Below are positions 45,884 through 59,567 of a DNA stretch of 64,000 nt, in pieces. Both the position numbers and the translations under genes were made by a program. The stretch comes from Amoebidium appalachense (lineage: Eukaryota; Protista; Ichthyosporea), in contig CAVNZM010000001.1 in NCBI GenBank assembly GCA_963693365.1, forward strand, positions 16,859,840-16,923,839, read 5' to 3'. Under the pieces are notes generated by a model that made no database searches, was not told the origin of the DNA, and worked only from the letters and a program-made list of their open reading frames with translations. Numbering within the stretch: the stretch's first letter is position 1; every line of letters begins with the position of its first letter.

Positions 45884-48047
45884 GGGAGGGGGGGGGGGGA
45901 GGGGAGGGGGGGGGGGGAGAGGATGGGAGGGGAGGGGGGGGGGATGGACACTAATTAGGCACCACACTCATCATGTAGGACATCTTGCCGATGTGGGAGT
46001 GAGTAACGAGAGTCAGGCTTGAGGATAAAGGAAGCAAGCAAAGGATGACTGAGGGAAAGGGGTCGGGGTTGAGTAAATGCATACTGATGTCCCACAAAAA
46101 CTAAACCACAACCTCTTCTTATTCGGCAGGTGGACCGTCGCTACCAAGAGCGTCCCGGGAACGTGTGCATCGATGGGCTTCCAGATGCAGATTCACTCCG
46201 TGCACTTAGTGCCTGGGCCGAGGCTGCGCAGCAAAACGGCAACCACTGCTGGGTGCAGCTGAGCCACGCAGGCAGGCAGAGTACGGCCAAGGTGAACTAC
46301 AACAGCCTGGGCCCCAGCGCAATACCAATCGACATGGGTGCAGTCAGTGATAGCTGGGGAACGCCGAGGGAGATAACACAGGACGAGATTAGAGATGTGA
46401 TTGATCGGTTCGTGAACGCCGCAAGAGTTTGCAAGGAGGCGGGGTTTAAGGGAGTGCAGATACACGGTGCACACGGCTACCTCCTGTCGTCGTTTCTAAA
46501 CCCGCTTGCTAATCAGCGCACAGATGACTACGGAGGTGTGCTTGAAAATCGCGCAAGGTTGCTTGTTGATGTGGTCCGTGCAGTGCGGGTAGAGGTTGGA
46601 CCAAACTACCCAGTAGGCGTGAAGTTGAACAGCAGCGACTTTCAGAAGGGGGGTTTTACTCTCGAAGAGGCTACAGAGGTGGTCAAAATGCTCGAAAACG
46701 AAGGGGTCGATCTGTTGGAAATTTCAGGGGGGAACTATGAGTCTGCGGCAATGATGAACGGACCAGACGTGAGGGAGAGCACACGGGTGAGGGAGGCGTA
46801 TTTCTTCAAACAGGCCACGGACCTGAGACAGCACCTCACCAGCATGAAGCTGATGGTTACGGGGGGTTTCCGCTCCGTCCAGGTGTGTATTTTTGGACCC
46901 CCCCCCCCCTCCCACCTCCCCCCCCCCCCCCCCTTTCCCTTCCGAGGGTCAAAAAAAAAATCACCCTTTTCCCAGTCAATTCCTTTTTAACCAGCTGGAA
47001 TCCCCTTCTGGCTCCCCAAAGCGGTTACTCCACATTTTATCTGCCCCCTGCTCTCGCTCACGCCATTATCCCGTTCCCCAAGCCCCTCGTCGTCCTTTGC
47101 CCCCCCCCCCCCCCCCCCCCCCTCCCCCCCCCCCCCCTCCCCCCCTCCCCCCCCCCCCCCCCAAAGTGTTTTCTGCCGGCACACTTAAATTGTTTGATTT
47201 CGGGTTTCTCATTTTCTGACACTTTGTAGTTTGTCCTTTCTTGTCTCCTCCATATTTTCAACCCTTTAACGCATACATCCCCCCCCCCCCCCCTCCCCCC
47301 CCAAACCCACCATCTCTCTCCGGCCCACCAGTCAACGTTCTGTTCTATACTCTACGGAGCCGGCCACCGACTCTTTACCCCCCTCCCCCCCCCCCCCCTC
47401 CCCCCCCCCCTCCCCCTCGGCCCCTTCCCGCTGGAGGATGCAGCAACAAATGACCATCCCCCCCCCCCCCCCCCCCCCCCTCTTTACCCCGGGGGATGCA
47501 GCAACAATTAACAACCCAAGTATCGCTTTCATTGTATTCTGCATGTTGTCTATAAAAGCTCTCACCCACTTTATTAAGGCCTCTCACCTGCCCCCTTCAA
47601 CAGTCCCCTCCCCCCCCCCCCCCCTCCCCCCTCCTCCTCTCCCCTTTCCCCCCCAATGCTTCCCTCCCACCCGTTAATCTGTGGCACACTACCCCCCTCC
47701 CTCCCCCCTCCCCTTCACCTTTTTTTATTTCACTCCCACGGGCGCATGTTGCTTGAGAAAGAGAGATGGTTGCAACCTTGCCAGCCCTCTCCTTCTCCCT
47801 CCTCCTTCCCACCTGTGCACTCGAGTCTCCGGCTCTGGCAACTTCCCCCCCCTACCCCCCCCCCCCCCCCCTTCCCGGCCCTCAAGCACGCGTGACTGCC
47901 CGCCCGCATAGTGACATTATGATGGACATTTGTCTAACCAAATACAAATGCATCCGTTTCCTCTCCACTTCCGCCGATCCGTCCAATCTACCCATCCCGC
48001 TCTACCCATCCTGCTTCCCCTTGACACAAAGGCATACACGTATGCAG

Positions 48048-48088
<41 letters not shown>

Positions 48089-48486
48089 GCATGAATGAGT
48101 CTCTATCCAGTGGCATTGTGGATGTGATTGGTCTTGGGCGGCCTCTCATCTCCATGCCAGACGCTCCAAATCGGATTTTTAAGGGCGAAATTACTGAACT
48201 TCCTAAATGGGAGGACCATCTCAAACCGGGAACTGCACTTTTCCGTAAATTGACATCCCGTTTCCCGGCGCTTAAGTCCATTGACGCAGCTGTGGTTGCT
48301 GTTTATCACCGAAACACTGCAAGGATTTCCGTTGGTAAAAGGCCGAATGGGGACATGGGTGTGTTGAGGCAATTTGTTTGGTGGGAGAGGACGGATTCCA
48401 AAGTGGCCTATCGGATGGCTGGGATGGTGGTGAAGGGCCAAAGGACCAACAATAAGACTTTAATGAATAGGCTGCTTTTTGGGTAG
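45488..48486 (+). CDS. NADH:flavin oxidoreductase / Old Yellow Enzyme family FMN TIM-barrel protein, 446 aa, 3 exons
   Basis: Exons 45488-45676, 46130-46882, 48088-48486 total 1341 nt with phase 0 introns. Motifs: LPNRLAKAALTE, GLVITGNV, QLSHAGRQ, GVQIHGAHGYLLSSFLNPLANQRTDDYGG, KLNSSDFQKGG, LLEISGGNYE, MVTGGFRS, VIGLGRP. Confidence 0.95.
47162..47280 (+). repeat. Family A intronic repeat copy (diverged) in OYE intron 2
   Basis: aagtgttttctgccggcacacttaaattgtttgattt...ctccatattttcaaccctttaacgcatacatc-polyC aligns with 20620-20740. Confidence 0.8.
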
Positions 48487-49369
48487 GAATTATATTCATA
48501 GTACCTGACAAGGTGTTGATATTGATTATCAGTCAGCGGTAGAACGATAGAATTCGCATGTTTTTAAAGGAAAAAAGGAGCACGTTTGGAATAGTTGTGT
48601 CCGTGATTCGTTCATGTAAAGCGATAGACCTTTTTTAAATAAAAAAAAGGAAAAATTAGCACGTTTGAAACAGTTGCTGCATCCGAATTCCCTCTTATGT
48701 CAAGCTTCGTTAGTTGTGAAAACAAAAATAATACTCTATAAACGTTATCATTTCTGTACATGGTAGAAAGGTTGATCTCATGAGGGCCTAGGTAGCTAGC
48801 CGGCCGAAGAGCAACCGACGACAATTTGTAGGGTTGAGTCAAGTGATGTATCAGTGTTACAGATATGTAGATAAAGTTTCTTTAGCTGTATATAACAGAT
48901 GTAGCCTGCAGTTACTGTAGCTAAAGGTGATAAACTAACCTACGAGTTGTGAATGTAAAGGAATGGTTGTGAATGTAAGAGAAGGTTGGAATCAGTGTAG
49001 CAATCATTGGCGGTTCGGTGAATTAGTATGTACGTGATAGTTGAGGAGAATATATCCGGCGAACTGAAAGAACAGCAACCAATGACTGCGTGGGAAAACT
49101 GGGGGGTCCCAAGGGGCGAATTCAGAACTTCCCGTGATCGAAGTGCAAAAGTATCCCATGATCATGTCAGGTCACATACCATTGGCGATACAGTGTATGG
49201 TTGCCTGTGTGGCTAATTCATGCAGATGCTGAACTGTGTGTATGTGTGTGTGCAGAATGTAACTCGTTCCAGCTGGCCCGTGTGTGTGCGTTTGTGCGTG
49301 CCTTGTCGTGACACACAGTGGGTGCCGTGTGGGTGGCCGAGGGAGGGAGGGAGGGGGGAGGGGGGAGGC

Positions 49370-49716
49370 ACTGGGATGGGGGTCGGTGTATGTGTGTGTG
49401 GTGGTTGGGGAAGGGATGTTGGGGGGGGACGGGGAGGGGAGGAGGGGGGAGGGGTTCAGCCTGGCCGGGGATGAGGGTGGGGCTGGGTGTATGTGTGTGT
49501 GGTGGTTGGGGGAGGGGGAGGGAGGGGGGGGGGGGGGGGGGGGAGGGGGAGGGGGGCTGAGGATGGGGGTAGGGGTGGGTGTATGTGTGTGTGGTGGTTG
49601 AGGGAGGGACAGGGGGGAGGGGGGGGGGGCTCAGCCTGGGGATGGCGAGTGGGGGTGGGTGTATGTGTGTGCGGTTGGGGAAGGGGGAAGGGGGGGGGGG
49701 CGGGGTGTGTGTGTGT

Positions 49717-49754
<38 letters not shown>

Positions 49755-49810
49755 CTCAGCCTAGGGATGCATGGGGGTGGCGGTGGGTGTATGGTGGGTG
49801 TGGTGTGTGA
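49370..49810. repeat. G-rich degenerate minisatellite (~5 units of ~75-125 bp)
   Basis: Recurring (ctcagcct)ggggatg..g.gggggtgggtgtatgtgtgtgtggtggttgggg units separated by G runs. Confidence 0.7.
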
Positions 49811-50877
49811 GGTGGTTGGGGAACACGAAGGGGGAGTGGGAGGGGGGGGGGGGGGGGGGGTAGGCCACTGTGGGTGCATGCATGTGAACATGTGATGGTT
49901 GGGGGAGAGGGGGAGGGGAGGGGGGCGGAGGGAGGGGACTGCATCAAGTTTTCTATGCTCATGTCACGCGGCAGTAGGCGTACCCACATGACGTAGTTTT
50001 CGTGGTGGATATATGCACATGCACGCGGCAATGATCTGGTACTTTGCTAGACACTAGAAGTGAGCGAGTTCAAAAAGGCCAGACTTTGCGCGCAAGGCTT
50101 TATCTGTTGACCAATGACCAGCATAATATAGCCATATATGGGCATATCGTCAGCAACCCAACAGTAGCTCATGTCATACACACATGTGCACCTACTGCAT
50201 GAAGTACTAATCGTGGCCACACCAGCTGTACACTCTACCACTCAGTCTGCTACATAGTCTTTGCTGGTCCAACTTCTTATAACTTCAATTTAGGGGAGTC
50301 GCTAAGCCTACAGTTAGAGCTGAAAATCGAAAATCACTCTGATAGTATACGTCACTGACACATTTTCAAAAATGCCATGGGAAGCCTGAATGTCTATCCA
50401 TGTTCTCGCATATATAATATAGATTTAAAAAATAAAAAAAAATAAAAAAAAAAGAAAAAGAAAAGAAACAACCACCAACCCACCCACCCACCCCTCCCCA
50501 CCTACCACACCTAAGTTCCCACCCTTTCCCACTCCATAACCAGCTAGTACTCGTTTAGTAATTTGCCCCAGCCCTCACACACCCGAAGCCAAGAGAAAAA
50601 AGGCACCCCACCACCTACTAAATTATATCATCATTGATTATACAACTCAAGCAAATCTATAAAAATACAAAAAGCTATCTCTCTTATAGTACGATTCCAT
50701 ATTCCTACTTTTTTTATTGTTTTATTTTCTCGCAAGTTCAAAGCGCGAAAATTTAAGTCAAGCAAATGTCATGCAGATTCGATAGAACCATAATCTTTCA
50801 AAGGACGCTTACTTATACACCAAACAGACTGCAGTGATACGAGGTCTATGACACACACAGCACCATGCTCAATTGGC

Positions 50878-53381
50878 TTACAGAATAATCAGCCGCGCAG
50901 GTTTCGAACCCCGCTCTTCTCCCTTCCCACCATCACCAACATCCTGCCTCCCCCCGGCCACGCTTGCACCAGAGCCACTCTCTGCCCGGTTTCCTTTCGG
51001 GCTGATGCACAATGGACATTCGGGTCGGTTACCGGCCTGAGCCCTCGAACCGGCCCGGACCTTGGGCGCATCCCTAATGTACGCACACCGCCGATCAGAA
51101 TGCAAATAGTCGTCCGTAGTTGCGAAAAAAACGGCAGTACCGCTATTAGTAGACTCCGAATTGCCGTTGTCTGCTTTAGGAACGCTGCTTGTGCTGTTAA
51201 CCTTACGTCCGCTCAAGCCTTGGTCCCCATCGTGCTGTTTATTGGCAATGACGAGCATTTCTTCAGATGCCGACGTAATTCCAGATAAACCCGCAGATCT
51301 TGATTTCGAACGTGATTGGCCGCTCGTGCCACCGGACGCCAAACTCTCACGATCACCACCGGCCCCTTCCCCCCAGCCCGCATTCGGGGTCAGTTTCGCC
51401 TCTTCGATCCGATCCATTCGTTGATCGTAAACCCGATCACCCCGATCCAACCCGACGCTTTCGACGGTCGATCCCGATGGCGATCGCAAACTCTGTGTGG
51501 GTGCCGCATTGGCCGGCACGGCCAAACTAAGCAATTGGGGCTGAGCCGCGGCCGTGGGCGGGATGGGACATTTTGGGCACAGGGAGTGCTTGTGCCGGAA
51601 GGTACGTGTGGCCTTAAGAGTACCATTAAGGCTACGTAGCAGCTGGCAGTCCTTGGCCGTATGGTAGAGGTCGAACCCGTCGATGTAGTACAATTTAAGC
51701 CCCTTTTGCAGCGCCGTGGGAGCTGGGTGAGGCGTGTTTGACGCCGAATCCGATCGTGTTTTGTTGCTGTTGGGTCGGGCGCTGGCAACAGCCATCGGCG
51801 CTGAATGTACGGTAGTGGGGGTTAGTGGGGGTGTTTGGCTGGCGGATGTAGGGACGGGGCCAGGGCCGCGGGGATTGTATTGGTTGGACATCTCGCTGTG
51901 TTGTGATTGGTTGCTTCCCCGATTAAGGCCCGATCGCGAATTCTCATGCCGCTGATATACCACGGATTCCATGTCGCTCGTTCGTGATTGGCTGTTAGCA
52001 TTTGCCAAGTCGCTGTGCCGTCTTTCGATTGGTGCATGTCCGGCACCGTGTATTTGCGGGTCCGGCAGGCCGTATGATTGCGTGTTTGGGCCAGGTCCGA
52101 ATTGCGGGGTCTGTGGGCCGGAGAATTGAGGGTCCATGAGTTGGGATTGGGGCGTGGGGGGTGGTTGCTGTTGGTTCATGTGGGCCTTGGCCGGGTTGGG
52201 TGGGGCGTTGCATGCGTTGCACGGGTCACGGTTGAGGAATAGTTGCAGTTCTCCCTTGACCACGTTGGCGCCTTTGGGCAAAACGGGACACTTGCGGGAT
52301 GCATGGTAGAGGTCCGAGTCTCGAATGCAGTAGACCTTAGCTGCCTTGGGCTTGCTGCTACTGGACCCCAAGAGGAACGACAAAAACCCCCCCGATTTCC
52401 TTTGTTGTGCCTGCTGCACGGGTTGTTGCTGTTGCGTATATTGCTGTTGGGTGTTCTGGTTTGGATCGTGGTCTAACGGGCCGCACATGATGCAGAGCTG
52501 GGCGCTGGGGGGAAGTTGGGCCACGATCATTGGTGTGGCCGATCTTGTGTCTTGAAGCATCTCACACTTGAGGGAGGTGTGCACGACATTCTCCTGAGGC
52601 ACGAGGTAGACCATGCTCTCGGGACCCAGGAGCGATGAGAGGTCACGGGTGCCCTGTGTGTGTGTGTGTGTGTGTGTGTATGCGTGTGTAGATGTGTAGA
52701 TGTGTGTGTGTGTGTATGTGTGTGTGTGTGAGTGAGTGTGTGTGTGTGTGTGTGTGTGTCTGTGTGTGTGTGGATGTATATGTGTGTGTGTGCGTGCATT
52801 TGCATGCATGTGTTTTTGAATAACTGATTAAGTATAAATGCCGGTGTGTGTGTGTTTGGGGGAAGGGAGGGGGAGGGGGGGGGGGGGGGGGGGGGGGGGA
52901 GTGAGTAGGTTAATGAAAGGGTGAGTATGGTTCGGGGAAATGGTGGTTGTGGTGGACATGGGCAAGGAGAAAAAAGGGTGGCGGTGGTGGTCGCAGGGGA
53001 GGCATGATGGGTGGGGTGGGTGGGTGGACCGGGGACGGTCGGGGGAGAAGGGGGGGGGGGGGGGGGGGGGGGAGGAGGAGGAGGGAAAAGGATGAGTGTG
53101 AAAGGCAAGTTGTGCCTGCCCTGTGGTGTGCAGGTGTGAGCAACATTGTCTATTGGAGAGGGGGAGAATGAGCGGTCAAGAGAGAATGGGGGGAAAGGGG
53201 AAGGGGGAGCGTGAGTGAGAGAGGGCGAGAGGTAGAACTCTTCTATCTATCACTAGAACCTGGTTGATGAGAGGATTATGGAGAACGGCCGTGCACATGC
53301 AGTGCCAAAAAACGCGTGCTTGCGTACATGTGGGAATGTAATTTGGGGGGTGGCTGGGTAGGTGGGAGGATGTGTGTGTAT

Positions 53382-53412
<31 letters not shown>

Positions 53413-54035
53413 GGGGGGGTGGAGGGGGAAAGGGAGGGGGGTGGTGGTGGTGGTGGGGGGGGGGGGGGGGGGGGGGGTGATGTATGCGTTAGAGGGTTGG
53501 AAATATGGATGAGACAACAGAGAGCAACAACAAAACGTCACAAAAGTGGCCCCATTGAATCCAAAATCAAATAATTTAAGTGCAGGCAGAAGACACTTGA
53601 ACAGAGCCATCATCAGGGGGGTTCCTATGGGGGGGGGGGGGGGGGGGGGTTGGGGGGTTGGATGCTTGTTGAAAAAAACAAACAAACAAAACGAGTGGTT
53701 ATAGGCGAGGTGTGGAGTGGATTGGGGTAGTGTTGGAAAGCAACACTTCATGCCACAAGGAAAATAAAAAAGAGCACTTTGCAGGGTGTACAAGCACCTG
53801 GCACAAACACACGACAAGAGCAAAGCAACCCCGCACATACTTGTGTGCCAGACACAATGCAGCGAAGACACCATCGCGGAAACGAACACATGGGTTCACA
53901 TGTGCACACAGATACAATTTGAGACCATTTTTGGGCACACACGTGAACGTGAGAGAGCAGCATCCATTAGGCAGGGCCAGAAGCATAGGCTATGTAGTCA
54001 CGTTTGTGTCCTCTTGCAGTGAGTTGGCCACCAAT

Positions 54036-54092
<57 letters not shown>

Positions 54093-55208
54093 CATGCGTG
54101 TGTCAGAAAGCAAACCAGTGCTCCTACATGTGTGCTTCCCCATGTCCGTGCATGCACTTGCATACCCGCGCCCATATATGTGACTGCACACTCCTTTCTC
54201 TGCGGGCCAGGTATGCATGTGCCCATGTGTCCATGAACGTGTGGGTGTTGAAGTTTGTACAGGCCACCGTGAGAACCGTATGCATGTGTAAGCAGAGACA
54301 ACGACACGGAAGCCACAACTCACCTGACCCATATTTGGTGTTTGTGGAGCAAATCCCTGCCCGGGCCCATTTGCCTGGCCATAAGCCCCCCCCGCCGCTG
54401 GAAAAATTACCCCCCGGAGGATATTCCGGGCCATCTTGTCCGTTGTATGCCGGTGGGTAATCCTGATTATTTCGGCCATTATATCCCGTTTGATATTCCG
54501 GCTCATTCTGTCCGTGATATCCGCCGGGATATCCATATTCATCTCCCATGGGGCCTCTGCTGAGGCCACGTTCCTGCTCTTCCATCCGTCTCGCCATTGC
54601 CGAATTGTAGCCGTAATCTAAGCCGTATGTTCCCCCGCGAGCGTCTAGACTACTTCTCCGCCGAATAGGACCCCCCTCAACATCATCGTACCGGCTCGAC
54701 ATATTGGGCCCCGAAACCGATGCTTGCATCTGATCAAAAGGAGCCCTGGGGGGATATTCACGACCATTTGGTACGTCGGGGGGATACTTGCCGGAATTTG
54801 CAGTCATCGGGGAATTCAACTCGCTATGATACCCCCCTCGGACGAATTGCTCGAGTTCGGGCTGGGAAGAAAACATTGCGGATCTTTGAGACTGCATCCG
54901 AAATGTGGTGGGAGGGGGGGCTCATCGCCACTGTACATGGAGGCATCGTCCCGCATAATTCTCATGGATCCACCTCGGTTCCGCGTCATCTGGTCAAGCG
55001 AAAAATAGGTGTCAGACATAGAAATAAAATGATAAAAAGAAATATGAATGTGGTAGATGTATGTGTGCACACGTGTATGTGTCTTTGTGCATTGGGTATG
55101 CATATGTTTCTGCACGGTACTTGTGCCTGCAACACATGTTATGTCACGCCCGTGGATAGACACGGCCATACGTGTACACCTGTGAGTTGGTCTGTGCATG
55201 ACGTAACC

Positions 55209-55263
<55 letters not shown>

Positions 55264-55742
55264 TTTCTCTCTATGCTTGTGACTGTGTTTAATCCACAGT
55301 TCCCGTGCCCACACCGAAAAGCATGGAACACTTTCAACGCTCACGCACCCACCCACACAAACTCCTGCACCTATATTTTGCTTACAGCAACACATGAAAG
55401 ATAGTAAGCCAAACACACAAGCAAACACGCGTGCACGTATCCAAAGAATGCAATTCCTCAATGCAGCTCCTGCCCCCAACCCCTGCTCCTTCCCCGACAC
55501 ACACACACACACCCCGACAACACACACGTGCATGCACACACACACACACACATACCCCCCCCCCCCCCCCGGGGCGCCATACACGCCCCCTTCCCCTTCC
55601 ACAGCTCTACCCGACACACCTCCATCAAACAACCCCCCCCCCCCACCACCCCCACCCTCTCCCCCTCCTCCCCTCCTCCCCAAACACACACACCCCTTAC
55701 CCTCCCCTTTGCTCTTCTTTCCTTTGCCCCCCTAACATCTAC

Positions 55743-55780
<38 letters not shown>

Positions 55781-56649
55781 CCCCCCCCCCCCCCAACCCA
55801 ACCTCTCACCTGCCGTCCCGTTGAAGCCGTTGGCGGCCCTAAATCCGGCACGTGCTGTGTGGGAACGACTGTTCCCCGCTGATACACCGCCGATGGTCCC
55901 CCAAGACCCCCCGACCCCGAACTTTGCGCCAATTGGTCCTGCTGCCGCTGCCACGCCTGCTCCTCCCGTAGCCGACTCTGTGCCTGAGCGGCGCGTTTTT
56001 GCACCAGCGGCATAAAACACACCGGGCAATTTTGCAAATCTCTCCCTCTGCCCAGGGGGTCCAATAGAGCGACATCAGCACATCGATTGCACAGCGCATG
56101 TTCGCAATATTCGTTCGGTCTAACGTCCCCATAGTTTGCCATTTGTGAATATAACCGTTCCACACCCAGTCGTATTCTGCACCCTGCACACGGTCCCCCC
56201 ACAGAACTCGGCGCTCCCCCCGCCGCCCCTGTTGATGCTACGGTTGCCGGGGGGCCTATTCTCATGTTCATCATCTGGCTGTTTATTCTTTGCATGGGCG
56301 GTGGTCCCTGTCCCATGCTCGCAACTGCTCCCATCCCTCCCATCCCTCCGGCAGCCATCTGACCCAACGGGTTCATCTGGCCCATTTGGCCCATCTGGTT
56401 CATCTGCATGGGCATGGGGTCCATCATTGCCGCCTGCTCGTTAAAAACCTGGCTGCGCATCACGTTGGCTCGGTTCATCATCGCGGCTTGCGGGTTGCTG
56501 GCGACCAATTGCATTTGCTGGTTCATGCCCATGCTGCCCCCCATCATGGAGGGGCTTGCCGGCATCATGCCCCGGCCAGCCATATTAGGGACGGCACCCC
56601 CCAGATTCATCTGGGCGAAAGTTGGGTAGGCAGCCGTGGACATAGTCAT
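50878..56649 (-). CDS. Uncharacterised protein: Met/Gln-rich N-terminus, RING-like finger and three His/Cys putative Zn-binding repeats
   Basis: Exons 56649-55810, 54989-54324, 52653-50878 (GT-AG, phase 0). RING-like motif CAGC...YCEHALCNRC...CPVC. Exon 2 needs two indels, both in homopolymer runs (~54918 and ~54390). Extra small exons cannot be excluded. Confidence 0.7.
53478..53620 (-). repeat. Family A intronic repeat copy in intron of the RING-like gene
   Basis: Reverse complement reads cccctgatgatggctctgttcaagtgtcttctgcctgcacttaaattatttgattttggattc...ccatatttccaaccctctaacgcatacatca-polyC, very similar to 20608-20740. Confidence 0.87.
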
Positions 56650-56661
56650 GGGGTTGGGGTG

Positions 56662-56722
<61 letters not shown>

Positions 56723-57991
56723 TGTGTGTGTGCGTGTGTGCCTTTCGTGTTTTGCGTGTGTGTCTGTAAGGGTGTGTGTTTGTGTGTGTGCCTGAGGCAG
56801 AGAGGGAGGGAGGAAGGGAAGGTGAGATGAAGGGCAGGGAGGGAGGGATTGTGGAAGGGAGGTTAGGAGGGAGAGAACGAGAGAGAGTGTGTGTGTGTGC
56901 GTGTGCGTGTGTGTTCTGCACGCCCATGCAAATGTGCAATTCTGGGTGTGAGAAAATGTTCATGAACATATACTTGTGTTGTGTGTGTGTGTTTCTGAAT
57001 TGAAAAAGAGAAAACGAGTGTCACCAACCTGTCAGACAAAGAAAGGTGTGTATCTGAGTGTGAGGCCGGGTCCATGTATTAGTTCAGTGGAGATAAGATA
57101 AAAACAGACACACTCAACTCAGGTTCTGGAGAGGGTTGGGCAACCCAAAGAACTTAGCATTAAAGAAGAGAGTTGATGTGCCTTTTAAAAGGGAAAGAGT
57201 GCAAGGGTAGTGACACCAGGAGGATGCAAGGTGTGACAGGTCTATTTGTGTAAGTGGTCTATTTGTGTGTCAGTGGACTATTGGTGTTCAAGAGAGGCTC
57301 TGAGGGTTCATGAACAGAGGGAAAGAAGACAGGTGATGGACCACTGGGGTAAAAAGGAAAGTGTGCCGGAGAAGTGAACTCAAACAGATGTCAGGGTGCA
57401 TGTTAAAGATTGGTGTGCAAGAAGAATGGATCGTGAGTTGAAGTGAGATCAAGAACATGCGGAGAGCATTGTTGTGCTTGTGCAGGAGCGTATATGTGTG
57501 TGTGGCGCGGGGGTTGGTGGGGAGGAATCAGAAAAAAATGAAAACCCAACGATACAAATGTGTTTTCGGGGAAAAGTAAAAGACTCTTTCTTCTTCTTTT
57601 TCAAGGGCAGGAAGGGCATGGGGGGAAGGGGGAGAATGGAGAAATTGGTCTGTGTGGGGTGGAAGTAGATATTTTTGTGGGTGTGAGTGAATTTGTATGT
57701 GTGCGCACGTGCGTGTGTATGTGGAGGGTGTTTATGTGTGTGCAACTCCTTAACGGGCGGGGGGAAATGAGGGAAAAGGAAACACCCGAAAAACAGAAAG
57801 CAACAGGCAAAAACTAGCTTGGGCGATGCAATATGAGCACTAGTATAATTCTTATCTTGTTGGCAAGAAATGGTGGGGAAAAATGGGTGCAAAGGGTGCT
57901 TGCAACATACTGAGCTTGGGAAAAGGGCATTGCCTTTGCAACTATTTATGCAAAAAGATGTGCAAGTGATCACTGTGTGCCTAGCGTATTT

Positions 57992-58028
<37 letters not shown>

Positions 58029-58043
58029 TTGTTTGGTGTGTAC

Positions 58044-58198
<155 letters not shown>

Positions 58199-59399
58199 GC
58201 GTGCGTGCGTGAGTATGCCCGTGTGTGTGGTATTGAACCTAGATGGATGCCCCGTTATGGGGCAGGAGTTCACGCTTGTGCGCGTTTGCCCCATGGAGAG
58301 GAAACTTTGAAATCCTGTTACAGAAGCAGTCTCTGAGAGGCATAAAGAGGGCAGACAAGAAAAAAAACGTTGGCGTTGACCTCGGGAAAGTTACCACATA
58401 CCTTCCCCAGGAGGCAACTATTGCTGCCCTAAAGGGTTCATGGGTTTTGTCTTCGCGGGCCTCCGATTCGAACCTTAAGTGCTTACGCCTGACACATTTA
58501 CCAGGGAGAGAATACGTGGGCCGTACAGGAGAAATTGATGGTTTAAAGCCTCACGTGCGTACGTCAAAGTGAGTTCAACACACATAGACCCCTCTAGCTC
58601 GGGAGGATGTGAGTTCAAACTTGTGCAAGGGTTAGGCTTATAATGTAACTAGTTGCTCACATGAATAAAATGCTAGGCCTTCTAGTATAATCCTAGCCGA
58701 CTTTGCATGCTTGTAACTTGTCAGCTGCACGTACAAAATTTCGTTCATGAACGTCACACTCACACGGGCTAGTTTTGGTAGTGTTCATCAGAGCGTAGGG
58801 AAAGGGACGAATAAGACAAATTTTCCGGAGTGGACGATGAGGCGCGCGGCAACCCCTCGAGAATATAACTGTTTGAAAAGATTCAGGGAAGAAGTCGGGT
58901 GAGAAGGAGTGCAGATCAGTTAGAACTCATTGGCAGACACTTCAGTTAATGTATTAACATTGGTTACTTCTTGAACATGTAAATCTTTGGCGAAAGAAAG
59001 CTTTTTGCGGTGCTTTGTATTTTCTTCACTGTGCAAAAAAGGTTAGGTAAATTGGTTACAAAATCGAGGAATCCGGACTGGATCATGTGACAAAAACGAG
59101 CACCATCATTACTTATATGCCACATTCCAAACATGCCACAGTGTCTTTCTTTGTCCAATCACATAATGGTTGGTAGTGTTACTTTTAGTAACTCAGCAAA
59201 AATAGATGTAGGGTCGAACACGAATTTTCTTCAACCTCTTCATAAAGACAAAGTTTTGGCCAGGACAGTTGAAGAGTTGTTATGTATAAGCACTTCTCTT
59301 ACATGTATAAAAGCAGAATTTTTTTATTAGTCTTTTCCTGTCTTGCTGTCTTTGACATATTTGTTTCTCAGCTACTGTTTTTCATTAAATAAAATAGTT

Positions 59400-59567
59400 C
59401 TTAGTCGTTATCTCCTCCGTACTGATGATCTGAGAGTAAGGTTTTTTTGTCTTTAAATTTTCTTCTCTAAGATAAGCCGTATGTTTAATGAGTTTTCTCG
59501 GGTATATGATTATCTTAATCGTTATCTCCTCCGTATCCGAGAGTAAGGTTTTTTTGTCTTTTCTTCT
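59400..59567. repeat. Imperfect direct duplication (~50-bp core, ~114-bp spacing) in AT-rich intergenic DNA
   Basis: ctta(g/a)tcgttatctcctccgta...gagagtaaggtttttttgtcttt at ~59400 and ~59514. Confidence 0.8.
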
